Origin: Candidatus Babeliales bacterium
GTDB lineage: Bacteria > Babelota > Babeliae > Babelales > JANWKD01
Direction of reading: 5' to 3'
Assembly: GCA_963722255.1 (NCBI GenBank)
Contig: CAVRJO010000002.1
Coordinates: forward strand, 232,169 to 296,168
DNA length: 64,000 nucleotides
The position numbers were made by a program, and so were the translations under genes. Shown piece by piece: positions 40,248-50,482 of the stretch (the first letter of the stretch is position 1; the number at the start of each line of letters is the position of its first letter). Under the pieces are notes generated by a model. It ran no database searches. It saw nothing but the letters and a program-made list of their open reading frames with translations, and was not told the origin of the DNA.

Positions 40248-43200
40248 ATGCACAACAGATCAAAACTCATACTTATTCCTTTATTTCCTCTTTTCTTTCA
40301 ACTCTTTGCTATGGAAAAAGAGCTCGGAAATGACTTCTATTTAAGTCAACTGGAAAAACAGGTACAACCTGCCCTGGGTCACAGATTATATGTACCAGGA
40401 TTTAACAGCTCTATAAAAGAATCAAAAGATAAAAAAAAGCAAGAAGATCAGTCTCAACTTGATCCTTTTAAAAGCCAACCATTCAAGCATTTAAAATATC
40501 AAAACAAAGCAGTAGGCAAAGTTACAAAATTTTCTGATAATTTCAGCGAAGGAGTTTCATCACATGATCAACCAATGTCTTTGGATTCTTTTATTAGCGG
40601 ACTAGCCAATGTAAGTGCAAATATTATCATTACCAGAGCAGTGGGTCCTTATGCAAGTGCGGCGATTAGCGCATGCTCAGAAGCCAAATATCTCAGAGAG
40701 AAATTTGATGAATTAAATACTGAAATCAGTAATAACGCAATAACTGATAATTGGTGCACAATGAATCTTGGATGTACATACCAAGAATCAATTGAAGCTC
40801 TTAGAGTCGTTCTTAGTGCAGCAGAAAAACTCGATCAACAAAAAAGAAAAGTTATTGAAACACATAAAGCAAAGCTCAGGCAATTTGCTGATTTTGTTCT
40901 CGAAGGTTATAAATCTGCTCAAGAAAATTATCCGGAGCTATTTAAAACAAAAGTAAAAAAAGACAATAGTTTGAGAATTTCTAACATCCCCGAATTTGAT
41001 CTTGAAAAATCTCACCAAGAATATTGGGCGCAGCATCAACGAGACATACAACAATTTGAAAAAGAATCAAAAGTTCGCATTGCTACATCTAAAAGCAAAA
41101 AACCAGCAAATTCAAAATCACAAAAAACTAGCGCAAAAAAAGATAGTAATAGCAAAAATGCAGCAGCAACTGACACACCTCAAATGCTCACTCCTGAAAT
41201 GCTTGAAGAACATGCTAAAATTTTTGCTGAACAAATAAAAAAACTAGACGCGTTGTCCAAATATAATGAATTCAAATCAGAAATGGAATATCAAGAAACA
41301 ATGGGCAACATTGCGGGTGGGTTCAATGGCATAGCGGCCATTGCAGGTATTTTTGGTCACAAAAAAGAAGCGTACGCGATTAGAACTTTTGGTGCTGCAG
41401 GAATTCAAGCTGTTGATAGTATGCGAACTATTATGCAAAAAGGTCTGGCTGGCGCCGGAATTCATCCTTATGTTGGCATACTTATGGCAGTTGAAGGGTT
41501 ATGTGAGTTAATGTTTCAAGAAGAAGATGATTCTCAAGCAAAAAATACAGAAGCAATCATTAATGCCATAACACAAGGCATTATGCATTTATCACAACAA
41601 ATGTACCAAATGCGTGAAGAAATGCGCGAACAGTTTGAAGAAGTTCGCAAAAGGGACACCAAGCATCATTTTATTGTACTTGAAAAATTCTTTGCGCTTC
41701 ATTTAGATCAAAAAAATATCTTGCACAACTTACAAGATCTGCATAACTATATAGCTCACAACCACAAAGCAATTCAAAGTGGCCTTGAAGCATTGCATGC
41801 ACGAGTTGATAGTAATTTTAGAATGACTCTTGATAACTTAAATGGTTTGCGCGTAGAAGATATTGATGATGATATTCAAGAAGCATTATTGTTACCCGAT
41901 GATGCTTCACCTGAAGAATTTGGTAAATGCATACAAAATCTCTTTATCAAAGGAACAAGTCGCGCTTCGGCCGATTCATTAACGGGCGGTTCGATTGATA
42001 TACATTCGCCAACGGCACTCCAAACAACACTGGAAGGCCCTATAGTTCAACAAAATATTTTTGGGCATCCTGCTTTTCCAAATGTTAATCTTTTAAGCAG
42101 ATATCTTGAAGGAAATTTTAACAATTTTAAACATGAAAAGTTAGTTAATCCTTTAATTTGGATTAAATGCGTCGATACGATTGTGCCTATGCTTAGTCAA
42201 AAACTTGCGCGTGATAAAGAATATCCTCCAACAAAAAACATGAAAGATTCAGATATCGAAAAATTACTGCTTCTCAAAAAACAAGGGAAAAAAATACGCG
42301 CGTTTATTAACAGAGTTTACGAGAATAACTATTTAGAGAAAATTGCTCAAAAATATTACAAGGCTTTATCGCAACTTTCTGCAGCAGTTCAGCAGGAGCA
42401 AGAAAACTTTGAAAAAAAAGGTAAGAAACTACTTCGTAGAGAACTAAGCGCTACTATAGAAGCTGAAAAATCAAAAACAAATGGAATAGTAAATTCGTAT
42501 GAATGTAAAAAATGCGTTGAATATATAACCAATGCATTAAAAAACGCAAAGACAGCAAACGCTTATACCGTACAAGTACAAGGAGCGGGATACTCCTGTC
42601 CAACTTATTTGAAAGGACAATCAAAACGAATTGATTATAAAGAATCAAAATTGATAACAGTAGAAGATGTTCATCAACCCTCTGAAAATTTTAAACGGAT
42701 CTATGAAGAATACCTAGATGAAAGACAAGCAAAGAACGAATCGTTACTCAAAGCAACAAAAGTTGACCTTGAGCAAAGTTCTTTCAAACCTATTGGAGAT
42801 GGTATGAGCACTCTGATCTATCCAGCTGGACAAAATAGTGATTTGCCTAAACTTATGCGACCTCGCCAGCCATTACCTATAAACCCATTATATATTATAG
42901 CAGAAAATAAAGGCCTAGGAATTATTACACATACCTATCATCTTACAGATGAACGTTTCCACCTTGAATCTTTTTTTTGCTTTAAAACAGATGATCCTAA
43001 AATAAAAATTTTACATTTATCTTTAGAGCATGATTTTCAAAAAGAGATGTATACGCTCAATGAAAATATAAACCACTTCTGGGAAGGAGGACGTTTTCCA
43101 AAGTCTATTGATACTTTTACAACTAACGGAGTATATCCTAGTAGTGCTTTTACAGTACGGTTTGATGGTGCTCTTGGCCTTATATCTTCAGGGTATTTTC

Positions 43201-45137
43201 CGCCTGATTGCCCATATCCAGCAGCACGAGATACTTTTGTCAGTAAAGCGCGCAACGAAAGCGATCAAGCCGACCAGTTTTTGCCTTTCTTTCAACAATT
43301 AATACAAGAAGATGAACCGTGCATTCATTTGGGACCCACCACCCACAAAAGATCTAATCAATCACAAGATTTTTTGCCCTTAGTTCAACAGTTGATACAA
43401 GAAGATCAACAAGAAAAAAGATTGCAGTTTAACCAAGAAATAATGACGCAGGTAAGTTCAAAATCACCAACTTCGGATATTTTTAAAGCAGCACAACAAG
43501 TCGATGTTAGTTTTAAAATTTTGGATAGCTTGTTAACGCTTATGTATCATGATTTTATGAACGAAGGTCAACGCAAAAAGCATCCAGAGCTTGCAACAAT
43601 TACAGGCAATGATGATAAATATTGCATTAAAAATAATGCTGCATTAACACGATATTTACAAAATTATTCTTCAAAGCATGATTCAGAACATAAACAAGGT
43701 GACTATCTTCCCTACCACTTAAAATATAATACATTCTATAAACTGAGAAGAGCACTTGGTACTATTACTAAAACACACTTTCAACCCCAGTTTAAGGCTG
43801 TAACACAAGTGATTGATAACATTAATATGCTTGTTGCTAATTATACAAAGAGAAAAATTACGCCAGGAACAATAGCAATAGCCCCCAAAAAAATTCATGA
43901 AGACTCTCAGTTATTGGCAATTGTAATCCAGCAAATTAAAGAAAAAGATAAAAAAATTGATCAACTCATACAAAGCAACGAAGAGCTCGAACAAAGTAAT
44001 AAAAAGCTCGCAACAGAAACAAAAGGACTTAAACAAGAAGTCGCAGGATTGAATGAACAGATGCAGAAGATGATGGCATTGTTAATAGCTATGAACAATG
44101 GAAAACAAACAACCGACAATCTTTCTAATGTTTATCTTGCTCAAAAACCTTCTGTTGTTGATAGAAAATCTTCACCTTCGCGATACATTATTAAATCCTA
44201 TATAACTCATGTAAAAAGAGTTAAACAGCAAGTAGCAGCGGAATGCGGTTATCATGCACTTTTCAATGCATTAGGATGTTTTACAAGCGATATTTTATTT
44301 GAACAGTTTATGCAAGAAAATAAGCAACACATTAAAGACTCCCGTCATTCTGCTGATGATCAATGGTTAAGCGAAGATGAGGTTGCCGCTTTAGTACAAA
44401 AAAACAAAACAGAAACAATGAACATCACGGTGATTCCTGATATTACACGCTATAAAGATGGTAAAAGTGGACTTGAACATTCTGTCTTGGTTGCTTTTGC
44501 TCAATCGCAAGCTGCTCTAGGAAACAGACCGGAATTGTATAAACATGTTTTTATACTGCGCACGGGAAAAACAGACGAAACAAGAACTCACTGGGTTGCT
44601 GTTGAACAAACGATAAAAAAGGATAGTACTACAGAGTATGCGATTATGAATTCACTACCCGGTCATGCTTATAAAGAATATGTAACTATGCTTCAAGATA
44701 TCTTACATAACCGCGACAACCAATATGCCATTTCAGTATTCGATCCAATGGTTGAAGAAACACTATCATATGCAATTTCTCAGTTACACTTAAGTACGAT
44801 TTTTAAAGCACGATCATATGCCCGCACGGGCGAATCAAAGGCTTCTGATTATCGAATTGTTGATAAAAATCATGAAAAGATTGTTGATGATATTCTTCAA
44901 GCTGCACAACAACTGCTTGATATAACAGAAGGTTTAAGCTTTTGGTCAACTTGTGGACATATTGAACCAAACATATCAGTTCTAGATGCACTTAGCCATA
45001 TAGTGGATTGTGATGGTGAAGCTCTTACTTATAAAAATAGTATTGATGATAAAGAAGAACATAAAACTGTTTTACACATAACAAATGAGCAAAACCGACA
45101 TATCGAAAATCTTATAAGTTCATTAGAGAATCTTTAA
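40248..45137 (+). CDS. giant (1629 aa) secreted/effector-like coiled-coil protein with C-terminal Josephin-like cysteine protease domain
   Basis: Single uninterrupted ORF. Leader MHNRSKLILIPLFPLFFQLFAMEKE and long helical/charged regions. Internal repeat QFLPFFQQLIQED / DFLPLVQQLIQED. C-terminal catalytic signature (see domain feature). Confidence 0.85.
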   Translation: MHNRSKLILIPLFPLFFQLFAMEKELGNDFYLSQLEKQVQPALGHRLYVPGFNSSIKESKDKKKQEDQSQLDPFKSQPFKHLKYQNKAVGKVTKFSDNFSEGVSSHDQPMSLDSFISGLANVSANIIITRAVGPYASAAISACSEAKYLREKFDELNTEISNNAITDNWCTMNLGCTYQESIEALRVVLSAAEKLDQQKRKVIETHKAKLRQFADFVLEGYKSAQENYPELFKTKVKKDNSLRISNIPEFDLEKSHQEYWAQHQRDIQQFEKESKVRIATSKSKKPANSKSQKTSAKKDSNSKNAAATDTPQMLTPEMLEEHAKIFAEQIKKLDALSKYNEFKSEMEYQETMGNIAGGFNGIAAIAGIFGHKKEAYAIRTFGAAGIQAVDSMRTIMQKGLAGAGIHPYVGILMAVEGLCELMFQEEDDSQAKNTEAIINAITQGIMHLSQQMYQMREEMREQFEEVRKRDTKHHFIVLEKFFALHLDQKNILHNLQDLHNYIAHNHKAIQSGLEALHARVDSNFRMTLDNLNGLRVEDIDDDIQEALLLPDDASPEEFGKCIQNLFIKGTSRASADSLTGGSIDIHSPTALQTTLEGPIVQQNIFGHPAFPNVNLLSRYLEGNFNNFKHEKLVNPLIWIKCVDTIVPMLSQKLARDKEYPPTKNMKDSDIEKLLLLKKQGKKIRAFINRVYENNYLEKIAQKYYKALSQLSAAVQQEQENFEKKGKKLLRRELSATIEAEKSKTNGIVNSYECKKCVEYITNALKNAKTANAYTVQVQGAGYSCPTYLKGQSKRIDYKESKLITVEDVHQPSENFKRIYEEYLDERQAKNESLLKATKVDLEQSSFKPIGDGMSTLIYPAGQNSDLPKLMRPRQPLPINPLYIIAENKGLGIITHTYHLTDERFHLESFFCFKTDDPKIKILHLSLEHDFQKEMYTLNENINHFWEGGRFPKSIDTFTTNGVYPSSAFTVRFDGALGLISSGYFPPDCPYPAARDTFVSKARNESDQADQFLPFFQQLIQEDEPCIHLGPTTHKRSNQSQDFLPLVQQLIQEDQQEKRLQFNQEIMTQVSSKSPTSDIFKAAQQVDVSFKILDSLLTLMYHDFMNEGQRKKHPELATITGNDDKYCIKNNAALTRYLQNYSSKHDSEHKQGDYLPYHLKYNTFYKLRRALGTITKTHFQPQFKAVTQVIDNINMLVANYTKRKITPGTIAIAPKKIHEDSQLLAIVIQQIKEKDKKIDQLIQSNEELEQSNKKLATETKGLKQEVAGLNEQMQKMMALLIAMNNGKQTTDNLSNVYLAQKPSVVDRKSSPSRYIIKSYITHVKRVKQQVAAECGYHALFNALGCFTSDILFEQFMQENKQHIKDSRHSADDQWLSEDEVAALVQKNKTETMNITVIPDITRYKDGKSGLEHSVLVAFAQSQAALGNRPELYKHVFILRTGKTDETRTHWVAVEQTIKKDSTTEYAIMNSLPGHAYKEYVTMLQDILHNRDNQYAISVFDPMVEETLSYAISQLHLSTIFKARSYARTGESKASDYRIVDKNHEKIVDDILQAAQQLLDITEGLSFWSTCGHIEPNISVLDALSHIVDCDGEALTYKNSIDDKEEHKTVLHITNEQNRHIENLISSLENL
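44190..44720 (+). other. Josephin (MJD/ataxin-3 type, papain-fold) deubiquitinase-like domain
   Basis: QVAAECGYHALFNAL (Q1328, C1333; Cys codon 44244..44246) versus ataxin-3 QEGSLCAQHCLNNLL. THWVAVEQ...YAIMNSL (H1448 codon 44589..44591; N1468 codon 44649..44651) versus ataxin-3 HWFTVRKLGKQWFNLNSL. Spacing is C-115-H-20-N here and C-105-H-15-N in ataxin-3. Confidence 0.6.
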
Positions 45138-45145
45138 TCTATGAC

Positions 45146-45175
45146 TTGACGTTAAAAACCCAGAAAAGCTATAAT
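45146..45175 (+). promoter_or_regulatory. sigma70-like promoter candidate upstream of abiEi
   Basis: TTGACG (45146..45151), 18 nt, TATAAT (45170..45175). Found by eye only. Confidence 0.35.
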
Positions 45176-45179
45176 AAAA

Positions 45180-45214
45180 GCCAAAGGTAAGGTTTTTTCT
45201 GACCTTTGGCTTTT
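45180..45214 (+). terminator. hairpin plus T-run (terminator of the giant gene, or leader structure of the abiE operon)
   Basis: GCCAAAGGT (45180..45188) pairs with ACCTTTGGC (45202..45210), followed by TTTT. Confidence 0.5.
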
Positions 45215-45240
45215 ATTTATAGTACTATGGAGGAATTCAT

Positions 45241-45834
45241 ATGAAAAGAAATTTTTTGCAAGAACTATTGCGATCACCGGAAACAGTATTTTCTTTTAAA
45301 GAGCTGTTGCTCAGATTCAGAACCACAGATGTTCAAACGCTTAAATCCAAATTAAATTACCATGTAAAAAATGGGGATTTACATCATATTCGTCGTGGTC
45401 TCTATTCAAAAGATGCCAATTATAATCACTTAGAATTAGCAACAAAAATCTTAACGCCATCTTATATAAGCTTTGAAACAGTTCTTAGTTCAGCAGGAAT
45501 CATTTTTCAATATTATAGTCAAATATTTGTTGCTTCATATCAATCAAGAGATATCATGTGCGATGGAACGACCTATACATTTAGAACAATAAAATCTGCG
45601 ATCCTTACAAATTCACTGGGAGTTGAAATAGTTCAAACATACAGTATTGCTACACCCGAAAGAGCTTTTTTAGACAGTATATATTTGAATAAAAATTATC
45701 ATTTTGACAATCTTCAGCCATTGAATTGGGATAAAGTCTATGAGATAGTACCAATATATAAAAATAAAAATATGCAAAAAAGAGTTGATCTGTACTATGA
45801 TTCATTTAAAAAAGAAGTAGGAAAACTCTCATGA
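45241..45834 (+). CDS. abiEi: type IV toxin-antitoxin system AbiEi-family antitoxin/regulator
   Basis: 197-aa ORF with an N-terminal wHTH-like region. Has a 4-nt ATGA overlap with a nucleotidyltransferase toxin gene, the typical AbiE arrangement. Confidence 0.65.
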   Translation: MKRNFLQELLRSPETVFSFKELLLRFRTTDVQTLKSKLNYHVKNGDLHHIRRGLYSKDANYNHLELATKILTPSYISFETVLSSAGIIFQYYSQIFVASYQSRDIMCDGTTYTFRTIKSAILTNSLGVEIVQTYSIATPERAFLDSIYLNKNYHFDNLQPLNWDKVYEIVPIYKNKNMQKRVDLYYDSFKKEVGKLS

Positions 45835-46532
45835 CAATAGACATAATCACTCATAAAACTATTCTTATTAAGATCCTTAAAGACATTTTTACTGAGCCAA
45901 ACATAGCACAATATTTAGGGTTTAAAGGCGGGACTGCGGTTCTTTTATTTTATAATTTGAGTCGTTTTTCAGTTGACCTCGATTTTGACCTTTTGGATAA
46001 AGAAAAAGAAGATCTTGTTTTTACTACGATCAATGAAATTTTAATAAAACATGGCCAAGTCAAAGCACAAAAAAAAAGGTATAGTTTATTTTTTTTATTG
46101 TCATATAAAGATAAATCATATGGTGCTCAAAATATAAAAGTAGAAATCAATAAAAGATCTTTTGGATCAAGATACGAAGTAAAACAATATTTAGGTATAG
46201 CTATGCAAGTCATGGTTAAAGAAGATATGGCCGCTAATAAATTGGTAGCAATGCATGAAAGAATTGGTAAAACTAATCGTGATATTTTTGATGTTTGGTT
46301 CTTCTTACATAATAATTGGCCTATTAACAAAAAAATCGTTGAATTAAGAACCAATATGACCTACAAAGCTTTTTTGCAAATATGTATCAATGATCTTGAA
46401 AAGATGAGTAATCGCAACATATTATCTGGTATAGGTGAACTTTTAGATGAAAAACAAAAAGTTTGGGCAAAATCAAAATTGATACCAGAAACCTTATTTC
46501 TATTAAAATTGGCCCTTAGCAATGAAAATTAA
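45831..46532 (+). CDS. abiEii: AbiEii/AbiGii-family nucleotidyltransferase toxin
   Basis: 233-aa ORF. LGFKGGTAVLLFYNLSRFSVDLDFD matches the family GGTA...R.S.DlDf NTase motif. Confidence 0.75.
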   Translation: MTIDIITHKTILIKILKDIFTEPNIAQYLGFKGGTAVLLFYNLSRFSVDLDFDLLDKEKEDLVFTTINEILIKHGQVKAQKKRYSLFFLLSYKDKSYGAQNIKVEINKRSFGSRYEVKQYLGIAMQVMVKEDMAANKLVAMHERIGKTNRDIFDVWFFLHNNWPINKKIVELRTNMTYKAFLQICINDLEKMSNRNILSGIGELLDEKQKVWAKSKLIPETLFLLKLALSNEN

Positions 46533-46699
46533 TAACATTTTAGAACCTAATAAACTCATGAGGTACCGGCTAATTTTTGAAGTTAATTACACTTTAATAA
46601 GCACAGGGCAAACGCATCAAAAATTCAGGTTTTAAGCTTACTATATTAACATAAGATTATTGTGATTTATCAAAGCAAAGTTAACAAATTAACCACAAT

Positions 46700-46878
46700 G
46701 TCATCACGAGGAACACAGTGACGTGGTGACCCAGTGATTAAAATGAGAAGTCTTCATAACTGGGTTGCCCAGCCTCCACTTATCCACGCCTTCAGGCTTG
46801 GCAAGTTTCGGCGGGCAGGCCGCGCCCGCTTTGCGTGTCCGAGCGAAGCCTTGGCGAAGTCGAATCGCTCGCAATGAC
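46700..46878. repeat. GC-rich MITE-like element (179 bp) with GTCATYRCGAG-type inverted ends
   Basis: GTCATCACGAG (46700..46710) versus the reverse complement of CTCGCAATGAC (46868..46878) = GTCATTGCGAG. The internal stretch is strikingly GC-rich (GGCGGGCAGGCCGCGCCCGC) in an AT-rich genome. Ends resemble the element at 36770..36884. Confidence 0.5.
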
Positions 46879-47107
46879 AATCGTGAATTTAGCTGCCGTT
46901 CCAAACGTATTTTTCTCTCATTAATTCAATCTTTATAGTGCGGTTGCCCTGTTGCATATATGCCTTGAATTAGGCAGTTCTCAACATCTTTAGATTATTA
47001 CCTATTATGTAGAATCAATCAGAATTCTGCTATCTTGATTTAGATGATTTTTTATATATACTTGTATATAAGTTTGTATATAAATATTTATAAAATAGAG
47101 GTATATT

Positions 47108-47662
47108 ATGGCATCCCCCGCGCGTTTATTAGTATTAGGAATCCTTAACTTCGAGCCCGAAAAACCAAAAAATGGCTATGAAATATTACAAACTTTGGTT
47201 TCATGGGACGCAGAAAATTGGACAACAATTACCTATGGCTCTATCCATTTTGCGCTAAAAAAAATGGCGCAAGAAGGGTTAGTTAGAATTACCAATGATT
47301 CAACTATAGAAGATTCAGGCTGTATCCTCTACCAGATAACTCCTGAAGGCCAAGAAGAATTTAAAAAAAGGTTACGCCAACAATGGTGGGAGGTTAAGCC
47401 GCACATCGATTCTCTTCAAGTAGCTGTGGTGTTTATGCATCAAATGCCAAGAGAAGACCTTTTATTGGCTTTAGAACATCGCGAACAACAGTTAAATTAT
47501 ATGGTTAAATCGATGAAATACCTTATTCCAGTTAAAATGGAAAGGACTGGAGCTCCACGACATATAGAAGAGTTGTTTGCCATTACTGAAGCACATATGA
47601 ATACTGAGCTTGCTTGGATTGAAAAGGTAAAAAATAAGATTCATAACAACCAATTGCCCTAA
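47108..47662 (+). CDS. PadR-family transcriptional regulator
   Basis: 184-aa ORF. LLVLGILNFEPEKPKNGYEILQTL...GSIHFALKKMAQEGLV winged-helix pattern. Confidence 0.75.
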   Translation: MASPARLLVLGILNFEPEKPKNGYEILQTLVSWDAENWTTITYGSIHFALKKMAQEGLVRITNDSTIEDSGCILYQITPEGQEEFKKRLRQQWWEVKPHIDSLQVAVVFMHQMPREDLLLALEHREQQLNYMVKSMKYLIPVKMERTGAPRHIEELFAITEAHMNTELAWIEKVKNKIHNNQLP

Positions 47663-47698
47663 TTTTTAGTTTATATAAGTCGTAATGGAAGGCTATTT

Positions 47699-50312
47699 AT
47701 GTTAAGAAAAAATTTTGTTTGTACTATTTGTAAAGATGTCATATCCGTTATTCGTAAACCAGATACTATTCTCGTTCATGGTGCAAAAGAGCGCAATTTA
47801 AAAAATATTTGTTTTGAATTTCCCAAAGGCAAATTAATTGCATTAACGGGACCCTCAGGGTCAGGTAAATCCTCTATTGCAACGGGCATCTTGCAAAAAG
47901 AATGCATACGGCAATATTTGGAATCACTGGGCATGGTTACGGATCATATAGAAAAAGCAAAAGTAGATATAATTATGGGGCTATCCCCTTCTATTGGCGT
48001 TACGCAGCGAGTAACGGATTTTAACCCCCGTTCCACGGTCGGCACAAGATCAGGTATTCTTACCATTTTAAGGAATATGTTTGCGGCTATGGGGCATCAG
48101 CCGTGTACAGGTTGTGGAAAAATCGTCAAACAACCCTTGCAAGACAAAAATAAATTAACAACCATTGAGATAGAAAAAGATGAAACAAGTTCTTCTTCAA
48201 AGAAAATAAAAAAAAGCTATTTTAATTGTCCGCATTGTTGCCGGCAGCTAGAAAAATTGAAAATGAATCATTTTTCATTCAATGCGTTAGCGGGAGCTTG
48301 TGAGACTTGTAAAGGAGTCGGCCAAATCATCAGCGTTGATCTATCGCGTTTACTTAACGAAGAAAAAACGATGAGAAACGGCGGAGCGGATTTTTGGGGC
48401 GAATCGCTTGCAAAGTATTACGAGAGCGTTATCCTTGCTGCAAGTAAGCATTATAATTTTCCCTTTGATCCAGCTATTCCAATAAAGAATTATACTAAAG
48501 AACAGAGAAATTTTTTACTTTATGGAATCACGTTTCCAGATTTTGTAAAGGCATACAAGAATATCCAAACGCCTAAAAAAGTGAGTGAAGGAAATTTTGA
48601 AGGTATAATTCCGCATTTACTCAATCTCTATAAGAAGAATCCTGCAAATGCTTCAAATGATGTCAAGAAATATATTGTACATGAGCCGTGTACCGAGTGT
48701 AAAAATTCACGGTTGGCAAGACTTGGAAGAGAAGTAACAGTCAGTGGAAAAACTATTATTGATCTGGTCGGACTTAATCTACGTGAACTGCTCCAATGGA
48801 TACAAGAGTTGGATCACCATGTTCCAGAGGATGAATTGCAAGTTCTTTCAGCCCTTTCAGGCGCATTGAAAGAACGAACATCACATTTAATTGAAGTTGG
48901 GCTGGATTATCTAACATTAGAACGTACACTTCCTTCGCTTTCAGCAGGAGAGTCTCAACGAGTAAGGTTAGCTGGTTTACTTGGTAGCGGTCTTACCGGA
49001 GTTTTATATGTTCTTGATGAACCAACCACAGGTCTACATCCTCATGATAATGCAAAATTATTAAAAACAATGAGGATGATACAAGAAACCGGCAACACCG
49101 TTTTAATCATTGAACATGACATGGATATTGTTAAGCATGCTGATTACATACTCGATGTAGGGCCTGGAGGAGGCAGCAAAGGCGGGAAAATCGTGGTTTC
49201 TGGCACACCCGCTGATGTTATGGCTTGTGAAACATCTATTACTGGCACCTATTTGGCTAAAAAAGCGGCTATTAAACTAAATCATCCTTCTGCGAAAAAA
49301 TAAAGCTTTAATTATACGTGGTGCTTGCGAACATAATCTACGAAATATTGACGTTAGTATTCCTATAAAGCAGCTTGTTGTAATGACCGGTGTATCCGGT
49401 TCAGGAAAATCAACGCTCCTATTTGATATTTTGGATAAAGTGGCAAGAAAGCATTTCAATCATGCAAGTGAAGTTCCGGGAAAATATGCTTCTGTTGAAG
49501 GCTTAGATTATTTTAATCGCGTAGTAACCGTCGACCAAGTCACGATAGGCAGCTCAAAATCAACACGTTCCAATGTAGCAACCTATACAAAACTTTTTGA
49601 TTTGATTCGAGATTTATTTGCTTCTATGCCGGAAGCAAAAGCTCGTAGCTTTAGTGCGGAGACATTTTCCTTCAATACATCCGATGAACGCTGTGAGAAC
49701 TGTAATGGCGCAGGCGTAGTAGATGTTGACATGACCTTCATGCCTGATATTGAAACAGAATGTCCTGTCTGCAATGGGATGCGATTCACTGATGAACTGT
49801 TATCAATACAATTTCAAGGACATACTATCGCGAACATTTTAGATATGACGATAAGCGATGCTATCCCCCTCTTTAGGCAAGAAAAGAAGATTTTTGCACT
49901 CCTAGATTTAATGAGACAAGTTGGTTTAGAATATTTGACATTAGGGCAGTCTACTTCGACATTATCAGGAGGAGAAGCGCAACGAATAAAATTGGCGACT
50001 GAACTATCCAAATCTGAAACGGGAAATACGTTGTACTTATTGGATGAGCCAACAACAGGATTGCACCCACAGGAAGTGGAAAAATTGCTTAATATCTTGA
50101 GAAAGCTAGTATCCAAAGGAAATACGGTGGTAGCAATTGAGCATAACTTAGATGTTATTTGTAATGCGGATACGATTATTGATTTTGGTCCAGGTGGTGG
50201 GCTTGCAGGTGGAAAAATTGTTGCAACAGGTACACCTCAAGAAATTATTGCAAATAAAGATTCGTTAACTGGGCAATGCTTGAAGGCTTATATAGCAGAT
50301 AATCAATCATAA
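47699..50312 (+). pseudogene. UvrA-like (class II / UvrA2-like) double ABC ATPase split by a +1 frame change at an A-run
   Basis: ORF 47699..49303 (GPSGSGKSS..., Zn-finger Cys pairs, LSAGESQRVRLA, LYVLDEPTTGLH). The second half is readable from 49281 (ALIIRGACEHNLRNIDVSIPIKQLVVMTGVSGSGKSTL), continuing in ORF 49383..50312 (LSGGEAQRIKLA, LYLLDEPTTGLH). The frames meet at GCGAAAAAATAAAG (49293..49306). Confidence 0.8.
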
Positions 50313-50482
50313 TATTGTCTATGCTAATCAATATTATTCCTTAACATTTGCTGAAAAAGTATTTACCAATCGACAACAAGAGCTGCATGAACATTTGTAT
50401 TCTGTTTGTTTTAAGTTAGCAAAGATTCATGAAGAACGCTCAGCTTTACGTGATCAAGGAAACAAATAAACACTTATTTTCA

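Noticed and set aside
40768-44991. Short out-of-frame or antisense ORFs inside the 1629-aa gene (40768..40956, 40996..41238, 41277..41465, 42454..42648, 43037..43255, 43108..43302, 44803..44991); similar ones occur inside other long genes
   Set aside because: They are embedded in a 4.9-kb uninterrupted ORF with consistent composition. They are chance ORFs of an AT-rich sequence.
46704-46904. 66-aa minus-strand ORF with Arg/Ala/Gly-rich product
   Set aside because: It lies entirely within the GC-rich MITE-like element at 46700..46878. Its composition reflects the repeat, not a gene.
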